A stretch of 64,000 nucleotides of DNA from Flectobacillus sp. Lineage in GTDB: Bacteria; Bacteroidota; Bacteroidia; Cytophagales; Spirosomataceae. A model generated the notes under the pieces. The model had not been told where the DNA came from, searched no databases, and worked only from the letters and a program-made list of their open reading frames with translations. Made by a program: the position numbers and the translations under genes. Every line of letters begins with the position of its first letter. The first letter of the stretch is position 1. The DNA is taken from assembly GCF_049240685.1 (NCBI RefSeq), contig NZ_JBMLSD010000409.1, positions 32-64,031 on the forward strand. The letters run 5' to 3'. Of this stretch, positions 37,416 through 47,496 are shown one piece after another.

Positions 37416-37507
37416 CGATTTAGATGGTAGAACGACTAAGTATTTGTTTAGTCGTTTTTACGAAATTAGTAGCTCTAGGTCACAAAAAAAAGTAAAAACG
37501 ACACATT

Positions 37508-37855
37508 TTATCCACAGTCGTTTTTGCAAAATGTGGATAATTCCCTATAAAAGTCGTTATTGACCCATAAAAGTCGTTTTAATATCCCATAAAAGTCGTT
37601 TTATGACCCATAAAAGTCGTTTTACATCCCATAAAAGTCGTTTTATAACCCATAAAAGTCGTTTTTATCATACTTAAATTATTGAAAATCAAATAGTTAC
37701 GAAGCCTGAAAGAATAGAAAGAAAAGGAAAGAAATGAAAGTATTTGACAAACAGCGTTGATTTTTTTTATTTTTTTAAAAGTTTAAAAATAAGGATTTTT
37801 TCATTCAGTGATTTAGAAATGATTGTCTATTGCGGTGCCCCATAAAAGTCGTTTT
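37508..37855. repeat. Origin 2: inverted pair of DnaA boxes, six phased 21-22-bp iterons, one outlying iteron and an A/T-rich tract
   Basis: TTATCCACA at 37508-37516 and its complement TGTGGATAA at 37532-37540. CCC(T)ATAAAAGTCGTT(T/A)T starts at 37543, 37564, 37586, 37607, 37628 and 37649, with an extra copy at 37838-37855. A purine-rich then A/T-rich stretch spans 37690-37800. Confidence 0.85.
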
Positions 37856-37931
37856 TCTTTTCTCGGTGAAAGAAGAAAAACAAAAAAGAAGTCATGTGAA
37901 AATTTGAGGTATTACTGTAATTCTAAAAAAG

Positions 37932-37969
37932 CTCTCATATTTTGATTTTAAGCTCTCAAAATATGAGAG
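37932..37969. terminator. 14-bp perfect hairpin downstream of the GntR-family gene
   Basis: CTCTCATATTTTGA (37932-37945) pairs with TCAAAATATGAGAG (37956-37969). Confidence 0.6.
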
Positions 37970-37984
37970 TAAGGAAATTGTTGT

Positions 37985-38695
37985 CTATTCAGCAAAAAGT
38001 CTCGCAAAATGATTTTCTAGGTGGTTTCTCATGCCATTGCGGAAAAGTTCTGGCGAGCCATTCTCCAAAATATCTACGAGACCTTTGTGAGAGACAAACT
38101 TCCGATGAGGCAAATCTTTTTTTAGCAGGCCGCTATTGTGGACATAATCAAAAATCGGGAGTAACATTTTCTGGAAACTTTTGAGCGTTTTGTTGCCAGT
38201 AATTTCATAGAGCTTCCCATGAAAATTTATTTCGTGTTCAATGTTGAACAAATGCGATTCGCTAGAAGTAGGTTCGTTTTTGACAATTTCCTTCAACTCA
38301 TCGATATCCTTTTGCGTGATTTTTTGAAAAATCAAATCAGCCATACCGATTTCCAAAACCAGACGCAACTCAAAAATTTCACGCAAAGTATCCTCATCCA
38401 GAATGTAAGGATTCATGCTTTTGCTCATGATGCCTACAATGTCTGGGCTTGTAATTACTGAACCTTTTTTCTTTTTGGATTCGATAATTCCCATAGTACG
38501 CAGTCGAGTAATCGCTTCACGAATTACGGTTCTACTCACGCCCAAGAGTTCGACTAATTCCACTTCTTTTGGAATTACATCACCAACTTTAAGTTTTCTG
38601 CTTTGGAGCAACTCCACCAAATTGGCCTCAACTTTATCTACCAACGAACTATTATCTACTGCGATAAAGCTATCGCTAAAGTCTTCATTTGTCAT
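37985..38695 (-). CDS. GntR-family (FadR/FCD subfamily) regulator, probable sialic-acid locus regulator
   Basis: N-terminal wHTH KVGDVIPKEVELVELLGVSRTVIREAITRLRTMGIIES with a helical FCD-like C-terminus. It is divergent from the susC-nan operon. Confidence 0.8.
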   Translation of the reverse strand: MTNEDFSDSFIAVDNSSLVDKVEANLVELLQSRKLKVGDVIPKEVELVELLGVSRTVIREAITRLRTMGIIESKKKKGSVITSPDIVGIMSKSMNPYILDEDTLREIFELRLVLEIGMADLIFQKITQKDIDELKEIVKNEPTSSESHLFNIEHEINFHGKLYEITGNKTLKSFQKMLLPIFDYVHNSGLLKKDLPHRKFVSHKGLVDILENGSPELFRNGMRNHLENHFARLFAE

Positions 38696-38700
38696 AATAT

Positions 38701-39025
38701 GTATTACTTATTTTTATAAAAGTAGTATAATTTATCGAATTTGAAAAGCAAAAACCATGAAATTTAGACCTGAAAGGCATTTAATAGCCATTTTATTATT
38801 TTGTCTAACATGAGGTATACATTTTTTGATAAATCAACTATGTTGTATAAATAAATCCTCATAGTTGTACTTATAAGTATTACATGTTATTGAATTAAAT
38901 ACATGAAAGTAAGTAGTAATACCTCAATAAAGTAAGTATTTACTACTAAATTAAAATAATTTATAAAAATTTTACTAAAAACTTGCATAAATGATTCGCT
39001 AGTCCATACCTTTGTTATGTAATAC
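38701..39025. promoter_or_regulatory. Divergent control region: four GTAWTAC palindromes and a TAccTTTG -7 box
   Basis: GTATTAC at 38701-38707 and 38877-38883. GTAATAC at 38916-38922 and 39019-39025. TACCTTTG at 39007-39014 lies 36 nt upstream of the susC ATG. GT-N3-AC fits the generic GntR operator core. Confidence 0.45.
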
Positions 39026-39049
39026 ATAATACATTAACTAAACTATATT

Positions 39050-42000
39050 ATGAAAAACATTTATCAGAGAGTGGGTTTACTCATGATTTGCATTTTGTGG
39101 ACATTTGTTTCATGGGGGCAAAGCAAAAAAGTGAGCGGAAAAATTACCGCCTTAGAAAGTGGCGAAGCGCTGCCCGGTGTTTCAATTCTCTTGAAAGGGA
39201 AAACACAAGGAGCCAGCACTAACGAAAAAGGAGAGTTTGCGTTGGTGGCTTCAGAAGGAGATATTTTGGTGATAAGCTATGTGGGATATATCAAGGAAGA
39301 AATCAAAATAGGAACTGCAACAAATCTGAGCATTCAGTTGCGTTCAGATGTTACTTCTTTGGGAGAAGTAGTGGTGGTAGGTTATGGCACACAATCGAGA
39401 CGAAATATTACGAGTTCGATTGGAAAGCTTGAAAAAGACATATTGGCGAATGCTCCAAGGGCTAACCTTGGGACAGCCTTACAAGGATCTTTGGCAGGTT
39501 TGCAAGTCATCAACCGTTCAGGAACGCCAGGAGCTGCACCTACTATTTTGCTTCGTGGGGGAGCTTCAATCAATAGCCCTGGAGCGCCATTAGTTGTAGT
39601 TGATGGTGTCATTAGAGCACTCAATGACATTGCTCCAGACGATATTGAATCGATGGAACTTTTGAAAGATGCAGCCTCAACAGCCATATATGGAGCAAGG
39701 GCCAACAATGGGGTTATTTTAATTACGACCAAACAAGGAAAAGCAGGTGTGGCAAGAGTGAATTACAAATTTACCTTGGGTTACAACCAAAATCGAGAAG
39801 GATATAAGTACATGAATGCTCGTGATTATATCTATTACAATCGCTTGGGAAATTTGAACTCAGGTAGAACATTAGCTCAAGTTAATGCCACTCGTGGGTA
39901 TGGTCTATTGACGGACGCCGCCAACTTAGGATTATTTGATATTCGTGCCAATACGCCTGCCAATGCTGGTTTGCTAGCGAAAGGTTGGCAATCGATGGAC
40001 GACCCTTATGGCGGTTCGATTTTATACAAAGATCATGGAGGCGAAATTGAGAATTTGGTTTTTAGAAATACCTATACCCAAGATCATTACGTGAGCGTAG
40101 AGGGTGGCAATGATAAAGGAAAGTACTTTGCTAGTTTTGATTATTACAATGAACAAGGCGTAATTGTTGGTTCTGACTACAAGCGCTACACAGGGAATTT
40201 GAATGGTTCTTACAAAGTAAAACCTAATTTAGAAATTTCGACGGGAGCAACATTTTCAACTTCCTCTCAAATCGGAACGCTTGGTTCTGAAGCGAATACC
40301 TTGTACAGAAGTTTAGCCATTTGGCCAACGATGAATCCTTGGTTAGATTCTTTGAAAACTCAGCCAAATCCTGGGAATAGTGTTACGGATGGAAACCCGC
40401 TGTACTGGTTACAAAAAACAAAGCGTGAAAATGAGGTAAATCGTATTACAGTCAATGCTTCGGCGAAGTATGATATTACCAAAGATTTATATTTGAAAGT
40501 CTCAGGTAATGCGTATTTGTTTGAGTCGCTGAATAACTCATTTAGTTTAGCTACTCAAAACTATACAAACTTGTACACTAATCCAGTGTCGTATAGCAAT
40601 ACTACTAGAAATGCGTCATCGCTATTCTCTCGTTCGTTTCAGCAACAATACAATGCGATTTTGAATTACCAGAAAAATCTGGGTGATAAGCATCATTTGA
40701 CTGCCATGATTGGTACGGAATATTTCAAACAAAAAACCTTTGAAATGCAAGTTCTAGGTCAAAATGCTCCAACTGATGATATTGAGACTGCCAATGCGTC
40801 GACCACTTTTGCTGCTGGAAGTAATTATTCTTACAAAGATGAATATCGTATTTTCTCACAATTTGGTCGTTTAAACTATGATTTTGATGAGCGCTATTTG
40901 TTGAATTTTGTCGTAAGAAGAGATGGTATTTCAAGTTTGGCTTCGGATAATCGATTTGGTATTTTTCCAGGAATGTCGGCAGGTTGGAATTTACACAAAG
41001 AGGAGTTTTTTAAAAATAGTACTTTGAGTGATTACGTGAGTTCGGTAAAACCAAGATTTAGTTATGGGGTAAACGGTAACGTAGCAGGTATTGGGAACTA
41101 TGAAGTACAAGGGGTTTATGGTTCGCAAGGAAATTACAATACCAATTTGGGCTTTTTGAGCACAAGTATTATTAACACAGGCTTGCGCTGGGAGAAAAGT
41201 ACTACCATGGATGTTGGTGTAGACGTTGGTTTACTCAAAAATCGTATCAGCTTGATGGTGGATTATTATGACCGTCGTACCAGCGATTTGTTGACCAACT
41301 TGACCCTACCAAGTTATACAGGATACAGCTCAGTACGTACCAATTTGGGAACGTTCCAAAACACGGGGTTAGAATTGACTTTGAATGCAACAATTCTACA
41401 AAAACCAAACGGATTAGTTTGGAATGTTGGGGGTAATGTTTCTTTTGTTGCCAACAAAATTTTACAACTTCCATTCAACGGCAATGAAAATAATCGCCAA
41501 GGCGGATTGCAAGTGTATGACCCTGCACAAGGAAAAGTCGTGTGGGTAGGAGGTTTGCAAGAAGGTCAGCCATTGGGAGCTATTTATGGCTACAAACAAG
41601 TGTCGATTTTCAAAAATGATGAAGAAGTAGCTCGTATTGCGGGTAATAGAGTAGATAATATCGCAGGAATTGGCGGTCCATCGACAACGATGACTAATAA
41701 AATTGCCCCAGGAGATGTCAATTGGCTCGATGTAGATAACAACAATATCATCGACTCTCGCGACCAAGTGTATTTGGGAAATGTCAACCCTAATGTCATA
41801 GGAGGTTTTACTTCAACCTTGTCTTACAAACGCTTTTCGCTCTTTACCAGATTTGATTTTGCATTAGGACATACGATTTATAATGATCTTGTGGCTCGTA
41901 CACTGGGTAACTATCAGGGTACTTTCAACTATCTCGAATTGCAGAAAAATGCTTGGTCACCAACCAATACCGATACTGATATTCCAAAGGTGTATTATGC

Positions 42001-42322
42001 AGACCAAGTAGGAGCACCAGCAGGAAAGAAAAACTATACAAGAGCCAATAACGGTGGAGCGGTTTTGAATGGCAACAACTCAAGGTTTTATGAAAAAGGA
42101 GATTACTTAGCTTGTCGTGAAATTACCCTTTCTTATGATTTATCGAAAAGCATCATAGTGAATAAACTATTCTCCCAAGCTCGCATTTACGCCAACTTCA
42201 ATAATCTTTTCTATATCACGAAGTTTAGCGGTCCTTCGCCAGAGCCAGCTTCAGGAGGAATCTATTCGGGTACGTATCCAACGCCAAGAACTGTTGTGAT
42301 GGGAGTACAAGTGTCATTTTAA
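39050..42322 (+). CDS. susC: SusC/RagA-family TonB-dependent outer-membrane transporter
   Basis: Signal peptide, carboxypeptidase-regulatory-like N-terminus (KVSGKITALESGEALPGVSILLKG), plug region (VVVGYGTQSRRNITSSI) and a C-terminal aromatic residue. 1090 aa. Confidence 0.9.
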   Translation: MKNIYQRVGLLMICILWTFVSWGQSKKVSGKITALESGEALPGVSILLKGKTQGASTNEKGEFALVASEGDILVISYVGYIKEEIKIGTATNLSIQLRSDVTSLGEVVVVGYGTQSRRNITSSIGKLEKDILANAPRANLGTALQGSLAGLQVINRSGTPGAAPTILLRGGASINSPGAPLVVVDGVIRALNDIAPDDIESMELLKDAASTAIYGARANNGVILITTKQGKAGVARVNYKFTLGYNQNREGYKYMNARDYIYYNRLGNLNSGRTLAQVNATRGYGLLTDAANLGLFDIRANTPANAGLLAKGWQSMDDPYGGSILYKDHGGEIENLVFRNTYTQDHYVSVEGGNDKGKYFASFDYYNEQGVIVGSDYKRYTGNLNGSYKVKPNLEISTGATFSTSSQIGTLGSEANTLYRSLAIWPTMNPWLDSLKTQPNPGNSVTDGNPLYWLQKTKRENEVNRITVNASAKYDITKDLYLKVSGNAYLFESLNNSFSLATQNYTNLYTNPVSYSNTTRNASSLFSRSFQQQYNAILNYQKNLGDKHHLTAMIGTEYFKQKTFEMQVLGQNAPTDDIETANASTTFAAGSNYSYKDEYRIFSQFGRLNYDFDERYLLNFVVRRDGISSLASDNRFGIFPGMSAGWNLHKEEFFKNSTLSDYVSSVKPRFSYGVNGNVAGIGNYEVQGVYGSQGNYNTNLGFLSTSIINTGLRWEKSTTMDVGVDVGLLKNRISLMVDYYDRRTSDLLTNLTLPSYTGYSSVRTNLGTFQNTGLELTLNATILQKPNGLVWNVGGNVSFVANKILQLPFNGNENNRQGGLQVYDPAQGKVVWVGGLQEGQPLGAIYGYKQVSIFKNDEEVARIAGNRVDNIAGIGGPSTTMTNKIAPGDVNWLDVDNNNIIDSRDQVYLGNVNPNVIGGFTSTLSYKRFSLFTRFDFALGHTIYNDLVARTLGNYQGTFNYLELQKNAWSPTNTDTDIPKVYYADQVGAPAGKKNYTRANNGGAVLNGNNSRFYEKGDYLACREITLSYDLSKSIIVNKLFSQARIYANFNNLFYITKFSGPSPEPASGGIYSGTYPTPRTVVMGVQVSF

Positions 42323-42340
42323 TATTAAAGAAACCGATTT

Positions 42341-43876
42341 ATGAAAAAAATATTTAAGATAACCTTTTTGGGAATAGCGATAGGTTTGGGAATGACCGCT
42401 TGTAATACAAGCCTCGACCTAGCACCTATTAGTAGCATCAGTGACGCTAATTATTGGAAAACAGCCGACCAGTTCGATGCTTTTGTTTCAGGAGTTCATT
42501 CAAGACTGAGAAGTCATAATGCCAATATTCAAGCCTTGGGCGAAATGCGCTCTGATATATTTGGTACTGAAGCTAATAGTGCCAGTACCTTCACGGGTGA
42601 GGCCACACAAGGCTTAGAAAGAATGTGGCAACATACCCTCGATTTAGACAATTCAGGCGTGAGCAATTTTGGCGGATTTTATACCAATATTGTACAGTTA
42701 AATTTATTGATTAGTAAGTTAAATACGACCAATATCGTAAGTACTACCAACAAGAATTACTATTTGGGTATAGCCTACGGAATGCGTGCCTATTACTACT
42801 TCCATTTGTATCGCACATGGGGTAGCGTAGTGATTCAGACTGAGCCAGTTTTGTCCATTGATATTGCCAACTTGGCGAAGGAGGCTTCTCCAGAATCAGC
42901 AGTGATGGATTTGATAAAATCAGATATTGATAAATCTATTGCTAGTTTTGGCAGCGACTATTCTTTCAGAAATAATAAAGGCTATTGGTCAAAAGCCGCT
43001 TCATTGATGCTCAAAGCAGAAGTGTCTTTGTGGAATAGTCAAAGAGGTGGTGGCGTAGCGGATGCTACAACAGCATTGAATGCTTTAAACGAAATCAGAA
43101 CCAATATCCCAAACCTTACGCTGTTACCAAGTTTTAGCAATGTTTTTGCCTCAAATAATAAAGGTAATAACGAAATCATTTTTGCTATTCGATATGTGTT
43201 GAATGAAGCAAGTATGGGTTTTGTATCAAGTAGCTTTGTTCCACAAACAGGCTTGATTTCAAACTTTTATGACTTGAATGGCTCTCGCCAGTTCAATGTT
43301 AATGTTGACAACTGGAGTGGCTTATTGCGTGCCCCAGTGCGTATTGCCACATTCAAAAAATTTGATGAAGCTGATACTCGTCGTTTGTCTTCGATTCAGC
43401 CAGCTTTTGAGAAGCGTAGCACAGGTTTTGAGCTAGTAGGATGTTTTACCAATAAATTCCAAGGCGAGCAAAATGCAGGCTCACGTGTATATACCAACGA
43501 TTATCCGATTTATCGTTTTGCTGATTTGTTATTGCTTACTGCCGAAGCGAAAATACTGTTAGGTCAAGATCCTTCTACCGAAATCAATCAGGTGCGTGCT
43601 AGGGCTTTTGGTGCTAATTATGTGGCTAGTAAATATGGCTTTCCGAATCAAGCCAGAGATAAAGACCCTAAAAATGCTATCTTAGATGAACGTTTGTTTG
43701 AGTTCATTTTTGAAGGAAAACGTTGGTACGACCTTCGTAGATTTGGTAATAGCTATGTTTTTGCCAATACGACTTTATCAAGCAACGAAGCTTACAAAGT
43801 GCTATGGCCAATCGATCGTAACTCATTGACAAATAACCGTTCACTGGTACAAACAACGGGGTATCCAAGCTTTTAA
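42341..43876 (+). CDS. susD: SusD/RagB-family nutrient-binding lipoprotein
   Basis: Lipoprotein signal GLGMTAC. 511 aa, immediately after susC. Typical C-terminal motif RWYDLRRFG. Confidence 0.9.
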   Translation: MKKIFKITFLGIAIGLGMTACNTSLDLAPISSISDANYWKTADQFDAFVSGVHSRLRSHNANIQALGEMRSDIFGTEANSASTFTGEATQGLERMWQHTLDLDNSGVSNFGGFYTNIVQLNLLISKLNTTNIVSTTNKNYYLGIAYGMRAYYYFHLYRTWGSVVIQTEPVLSIDIANLAKEASPESAVMDLIKSDIDKSIASFGSDYSFRNNKGYWSKAASLMLKAEVSLWNSQRGGGVADATTALNALNEIRTNIPNLTLLPSFSNVFASNNKGNNEIIFAIRYVLNEASMGFVSSSFVPQTGLISNFYDLNGSRQFNVNVDNWSGLLRAPVRIATFKKFDEADTRRLSSIQPAFEKRSTGFELVGCFTNKFQGEQNAGSRVYTNDYPIYRFADLLLLTAEAKILLGQDPSTEINQVRARAFGANYVASKYGFPNQARDKDPKNAILDERLFEFIFEGKRWYDLRRFGNSYVFANTTLSSNEAYKVLWPIDRNSLTNNRSLVQTTGYPSF

Positions 43877-43908
43877 TTTGAATTAAGAAAACTATAAAAA
43901 AGGCAATT

Positions 43909-43954
43909 ATAGAGGTACAAGTGAAAAGATTTTAGTGTGAAACTGTACCTCTAT
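43909..43954 (+). terminator. Intra-operon hairpin after susD
   Basis: ATAGAGGTACA (43909-43919) pairs with TGTACCTCTAT (43944-43954). Confidence 0.45.
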
Positions 43955-43992
43955 GCCTTTAATTCATTGTCCCAGAAATAAATAATACTAAT

Positions 43993-44922
43993 ATGAAAAT
44001 AGCTCATCTTCAAGGACTTATTGCTGCTCCTTTTACTCCTATGCACTCAAATGGAAGTTTGCATCTGAAATTGATTGAAGAATATTACCATTTGCTCAAA
44101 TCCAATGGTGTGACAGGTGCCTTTATTTGTGGCTCAACAGGCGAAGGTGTTTCGTTGACGCATACCGAAAAACGAGCGGTTGCACAAGCTTGGGCGAACG
44201 CAACTTTAGGTGATCCTGATTTTAAAGTAATGCTCTTTCTGGGTGGTACAAGTATTGCCGATTGTAAAGAGTTGGCGCTATATGCTCAAGAATTAGGCTT
44301 GTATGCTATTTCGTTTACTTCGCCCTTTTATTTTAAACCAAGTTCTGTAGAAAAGCTTGCAGAGGTTTGTCAAGAAGTAGCTTCTGTAGTGCCCGAGATG
44401 CCTTTTTACTATTACCATATTCCTGTGTTGACTGGGGTAAACTTTGCCATGTATGATTTGTTGAAAGCCATAGATGGAAAAGTACCCAATTTTGCAGGAA
44501 TCAAATATACGCATGAGGATTTCATGGATTATCAGTCGTGTTTAGAATTTCAAAGTAGGAAATATGATATGCTTTGGGGACGCGATGAAAATATGCTGGC
44601 AGCTTTGAGTTTAGGAGCAAAAGGTGCCGTAGGCAGCACCTTCAATTATGCTGCACCTTTGTACCATGATTTGATTGAGGCTTTTGACAAAAATGATTTA
44701 CCTAAAGCCAGAGCCTTACAAATGCAATCTATCGAAATGATTCGTTTGTTGGGCAAATATGGAGGAATCTCCACTGGAAAAGCCTATATGAAATTGGTTG
44801 ATATGGATTGCGGAACGTTTAGATTACCCGTTAGAAATATGACAGATTCTCAATTCGAACTTTTCAAGAAGGATGTCGAAGCATTGAATTTCTCTGTATT
44901 TTGTTCAAAAATGCATGCTTAA
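43993..44922 (+). CDS. nanA: N-acetylneuraminate lyase (DHDPS/NAL family)
   Basis: GSTGE motif (CGSTGEGVSL) and Schiff-base lysine context FAGIKYT. Sialic-acid gene neighbourhood. Confidence 0.8.
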   Translation: MKIAHLQGLIAAPFTPMHSNGSLHLKLIEEYYHLLKSNGVTGAFICGSTGEGVSLTHTEKRAVAQAWANATLGDPDFKVMLFLGGTSIADCKELALYAQELGLYAISFTSPFYFKPSSVEKLAEVCQEVASVVPEMPFYYYHIPVLTGVNFAMYDLLKAIDGKVPNFAGIKYTHEDFMDYQSCLEFQSRKYDMLWGRDENMLAALSLGAKGAVGSTFNYAAPLYHDLIEAFDKNDLPKARALQMQSIEMIRLLGKYGGISTGKAYMKLVDMDCGTFRLPVRNMTDSQFELFKKDVEALNFSVFCSKMHA

Positions 44923-44925
44923 ACT

Positions 44926-46068
44926 ATGAAAAATTTACTTATGTCTACGATTATTTCTTGTATGGGATATACCAACGATGTGTTGAGTGATGTACCGCCT
45001 CAAATTCAGTGGTCGGTATTACATTCATTGCCAGTAGCTAATGGACATACCAAACAAGCGGGTTTGGCTGGACCAATCGTTGGGGTATCTCAAAATGTGT
45101 TGATGATAGCTGGTGGAGCTAATTTTGAAGATGCTTTGCCTTGGGAGGGTGGAAAAAAGAAGTATTTCGATGACATTTATGTATTACGCAAAGATACTAA
45201 CAAGGCGCTTTTCTGGCATTCTCAAACTTTTCGACTGCCTCAAAAAATGGCTTATACGACCACCGTTCAGTCTTCTCAAGGGCTGATTTGCATCGGTGGC
45301 GAAGACCAAGAAGGTTATCGAAAAGAGGTTTTTGTTCTGAAATGGAATCCGCAAAAGGAACAACCAGCCATAGAATCTTTACCTGATTTACCACAAGGAA
45401 TTAGTAATGCGGCAGCCACCATTGTTCATGATTCGGATATTTATTTGGCTGGTGGCGAAACCCCAACGGGTGTTTCGAATCAGTTACTCAAATTGGATTT
45501 GAAACATATATCACTTGGTTGGCAACTCGTTGCAGAGCTTCCTGTGCGTCTTTCACATTCTTTACTGTTTAATCTCAACCATCAATTATATATAGTTGGC
45601 GGACGCCAAAGGCAAGCCAATGGCATAAGCGACTTTTACGATTCTTGCTATTCTTTTGATAGTCATAAAAAAGCTTGGACTGCAAAAAAATCTTTGCCTT
45701 ATGCTATTTCGGCAGGAACTGGGGTTGTAGTAGGCAAAAATCAATGTATGTTATTTGGTGGAGATAAGGGCGAAACTTTTCATCAGGTAGAAATTTTGTT
45801 GGCACAAATCGCCCAAGAATCTGACCCTGAGAAGAAGGCTAAACTCATTGCTCAAAAAAATAATCTACAGGTCAATCACCCAGGTTTTAGTCGAGAAATA
45901 TTACTGTTTGATTCCCAGAAAAATACATGGAAAAAGCTTGGCAAAATTCCTTTTTCTGTGCCAGTAACCACTACGGCTATTACTTGGGATAACAAAGTCA
46001 TTATTCCTTCAGGCGAAATAAAAGCAGGAGTAAGAAGTGTAGAAATATTAGTAGGAGAAATCAAATAG
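44926..46068 (+). CDS. nanM: Kelch-repeat N-acetylneuraminate mutarotase/epimerase
   Basis: Repeated GG-x-hydrophobic Kelch blades (IAGGANF, CIGGEDQ, LAGGET, IVGGRQ, LFGGDKG). It sits next to nanA. Confidence 0.7.
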   Translation: MKNLLMSTIISCMGYTNDVLSDVPPQIQWSVLHSLPVANGHTKQAGLAGPIVGVSQNVLMIAGGANFEDALPWEGGKKKYFDDIYVLRKDTNKALFWHSQTFRLPQKMAYTTTVQSSQGLICIGGEDQEGYRKEVFVLKWNPQKEQPAIESLPDLPQGISNAAATIVHDSDIYLAGGETPTGVSNQLLKLDLKHISLGWQLVAELPVRLSHSLLFNLNHQLYIVGGRQRQANGISDFYDSCYSFDSHKKAWTAKKSLPYAISAGTGVVVGKNQCMLFGGDKGETFHQVEILLAQIAQESDPEKKAKLIAQKNNLQVNHPGFSREILLFDSQKNTWKKLGKIPFSVPVTTTAITWDNKVIIPSGEIKAGVRSVEILVGEIK

Positions 46069-46160
46069 GGTTTTAGAAGAGGTATTTGTTAGTGATGAGT
46101 TATGAATTGTGAGTTGTGAGTTGTCCTTGCCTAAAATAGGTTGCCCTCAAAAATCAACTA

Positions 46161-46556
46161 ATGATGGCAACTTCAAAATCTAAAACTGGGAAAAGTACAA
46201 AATACGAGATTCGTCAAAGTCGTATTTTCAGTGAGTCGTTCAAACGAGAAAAAGTCGAAGACATTCTCAACAAAAGGATTAGTATCATCGAATTTTGTAA
46301 ATTGTGGGATGTAAGTAGCACAAGCGTTTATCGCTGGATTTACCAATATTCTCCCCACTACAAAAAAGGAACTAAGATGATTGTACAACAAGATTCCGAA
46401 GAGGCTAAAACCCAGGAGCTACTCAAAAAAGTAGCTGAACTTGAGCGTATCCTTGGGCAAAAACAAATGGAAATTGACTATCAGTCAAAGCTCATTGAGA
46501 TTGCCTCAAAGGAACTCGACATCGACCTAAAAAAAAGTTTCAAACCGACACTTTAG
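46161..46556 (+). CDS. IS3 OrfA (HTH / leucine-zipper part of the transposase)
   Basis: 131 aa. HTH ISIIEFCKLWDVSSTSVYRWI, followed by a coiled coil. The slippery A-run at 46529-46536 lies near its 3' end. Confidence 0.85.
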   Translation: MMATSKSKTGKSTKYEIRQSRIFSESFKREKVEDILNKRISIIEFCKLWDVSSTSVYRWIYQYSPHYKKGTKMIVQQDSEEAKTQELLKKVAELERILGQKQMEIDYQSKLIEIASKELDIDLKKSFKPTL

Positions 46557-47496
46557 AGTACTTTCGCCAAAATATTACCCAACATTCTTACCAAATGAAG
46601 CATTTATATGCGCTTTGTGGTATTTCCAAACAAGGACATTATCAAATGCTCCGCAGAATCGAAGAATGGAAGGTAAAAGAAAGTCTTTATGTGGGCTTGA
46701 TGCTCCAAATTAGGGAGATTCACCCTGCTATGGGTCTGAGAACCATGTATGACTATTATCGACCAGAAGGAATCGGACGAGATGCCTTTATCAGCATCGG
46801 ACTCTACTATGGCTTTAGGGTAAAAGCCTATAGAAACCTCTGTAGGACTACTTTTTCAAGTCCTTACAGTCGTTATAAAAACCTTTTGGTTGATAAAGTC
46901 CTCACAGACATTAACCAACTCTGGACGAGTGATATTACCTATTTTAAAGTAAATGATCGGTTTTACTACATCGTTTTTGTCTTAGATGTTTACTCGCGTT
47001 TTATCGTTGGATATTCTCTTGCAGATAATATGAGAGCAGAAAACAACATCATTGCTTTAAAAATGGCATTGAAAACTCGGAAACAGAATAAGTTCAAGCA
47101 TGAGCTTATTCATCATTCAGACAGAGGAAGTCAATACATCAGCGAAGCCTATGTCAGCCTTTTGAATGAGGCTGAAATTAGCATCAGTATGTGTAATGAG
47201 GTCTATGAAAATGCGCGGGGACGCCTAGTCACGTTGAAAGAGTGAATGGCACGATTAAAAATCAGTATCTGATTTATAAAAATATTACAAATTTTGACGA
47301 ATTAGCCACTGAGCTTAAAAAAGCAGTTCACACATACAACCATCAAAGACCACACGCAGCCCTGAAAGGACTAACACCTTTTGCGTTTGAACAGTACATC
47401 AAAGAACTAAACAATGAAAACAAACCTAATTTACCCATTTGGACATGTGATTATTCAAAAAACACAAACCCAAATCAAACTATTTTACAATTTTGA
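46529..47496 (+). pseudogene. IS3 OrfB (DDE catalytic domain) disrupted by a 14-nt insertion just before the catalytic Glu
   Basis: The -1 frame is open from the A-run. DDE residues sit in WTSDITYF, HHSDRGSQY and (NA..)ERVNGTIK. Removing CGGGGACGCCTAGT (47216-47229) restores ENAHVERVNGTIKNQYL and joins ORFs 46595-47245 and 47242-47496. Confidence 0.8.

Noticed and set aside
37267-38184. ORFs 37267-37563 and 37942-38184 on the plus strand
   Set aside because: The first is antisense to the rep 5' end and runs into the iterons and DnaA boxes. The second is antisense to the GntR gene 3' end and covers its terminator hairpin.
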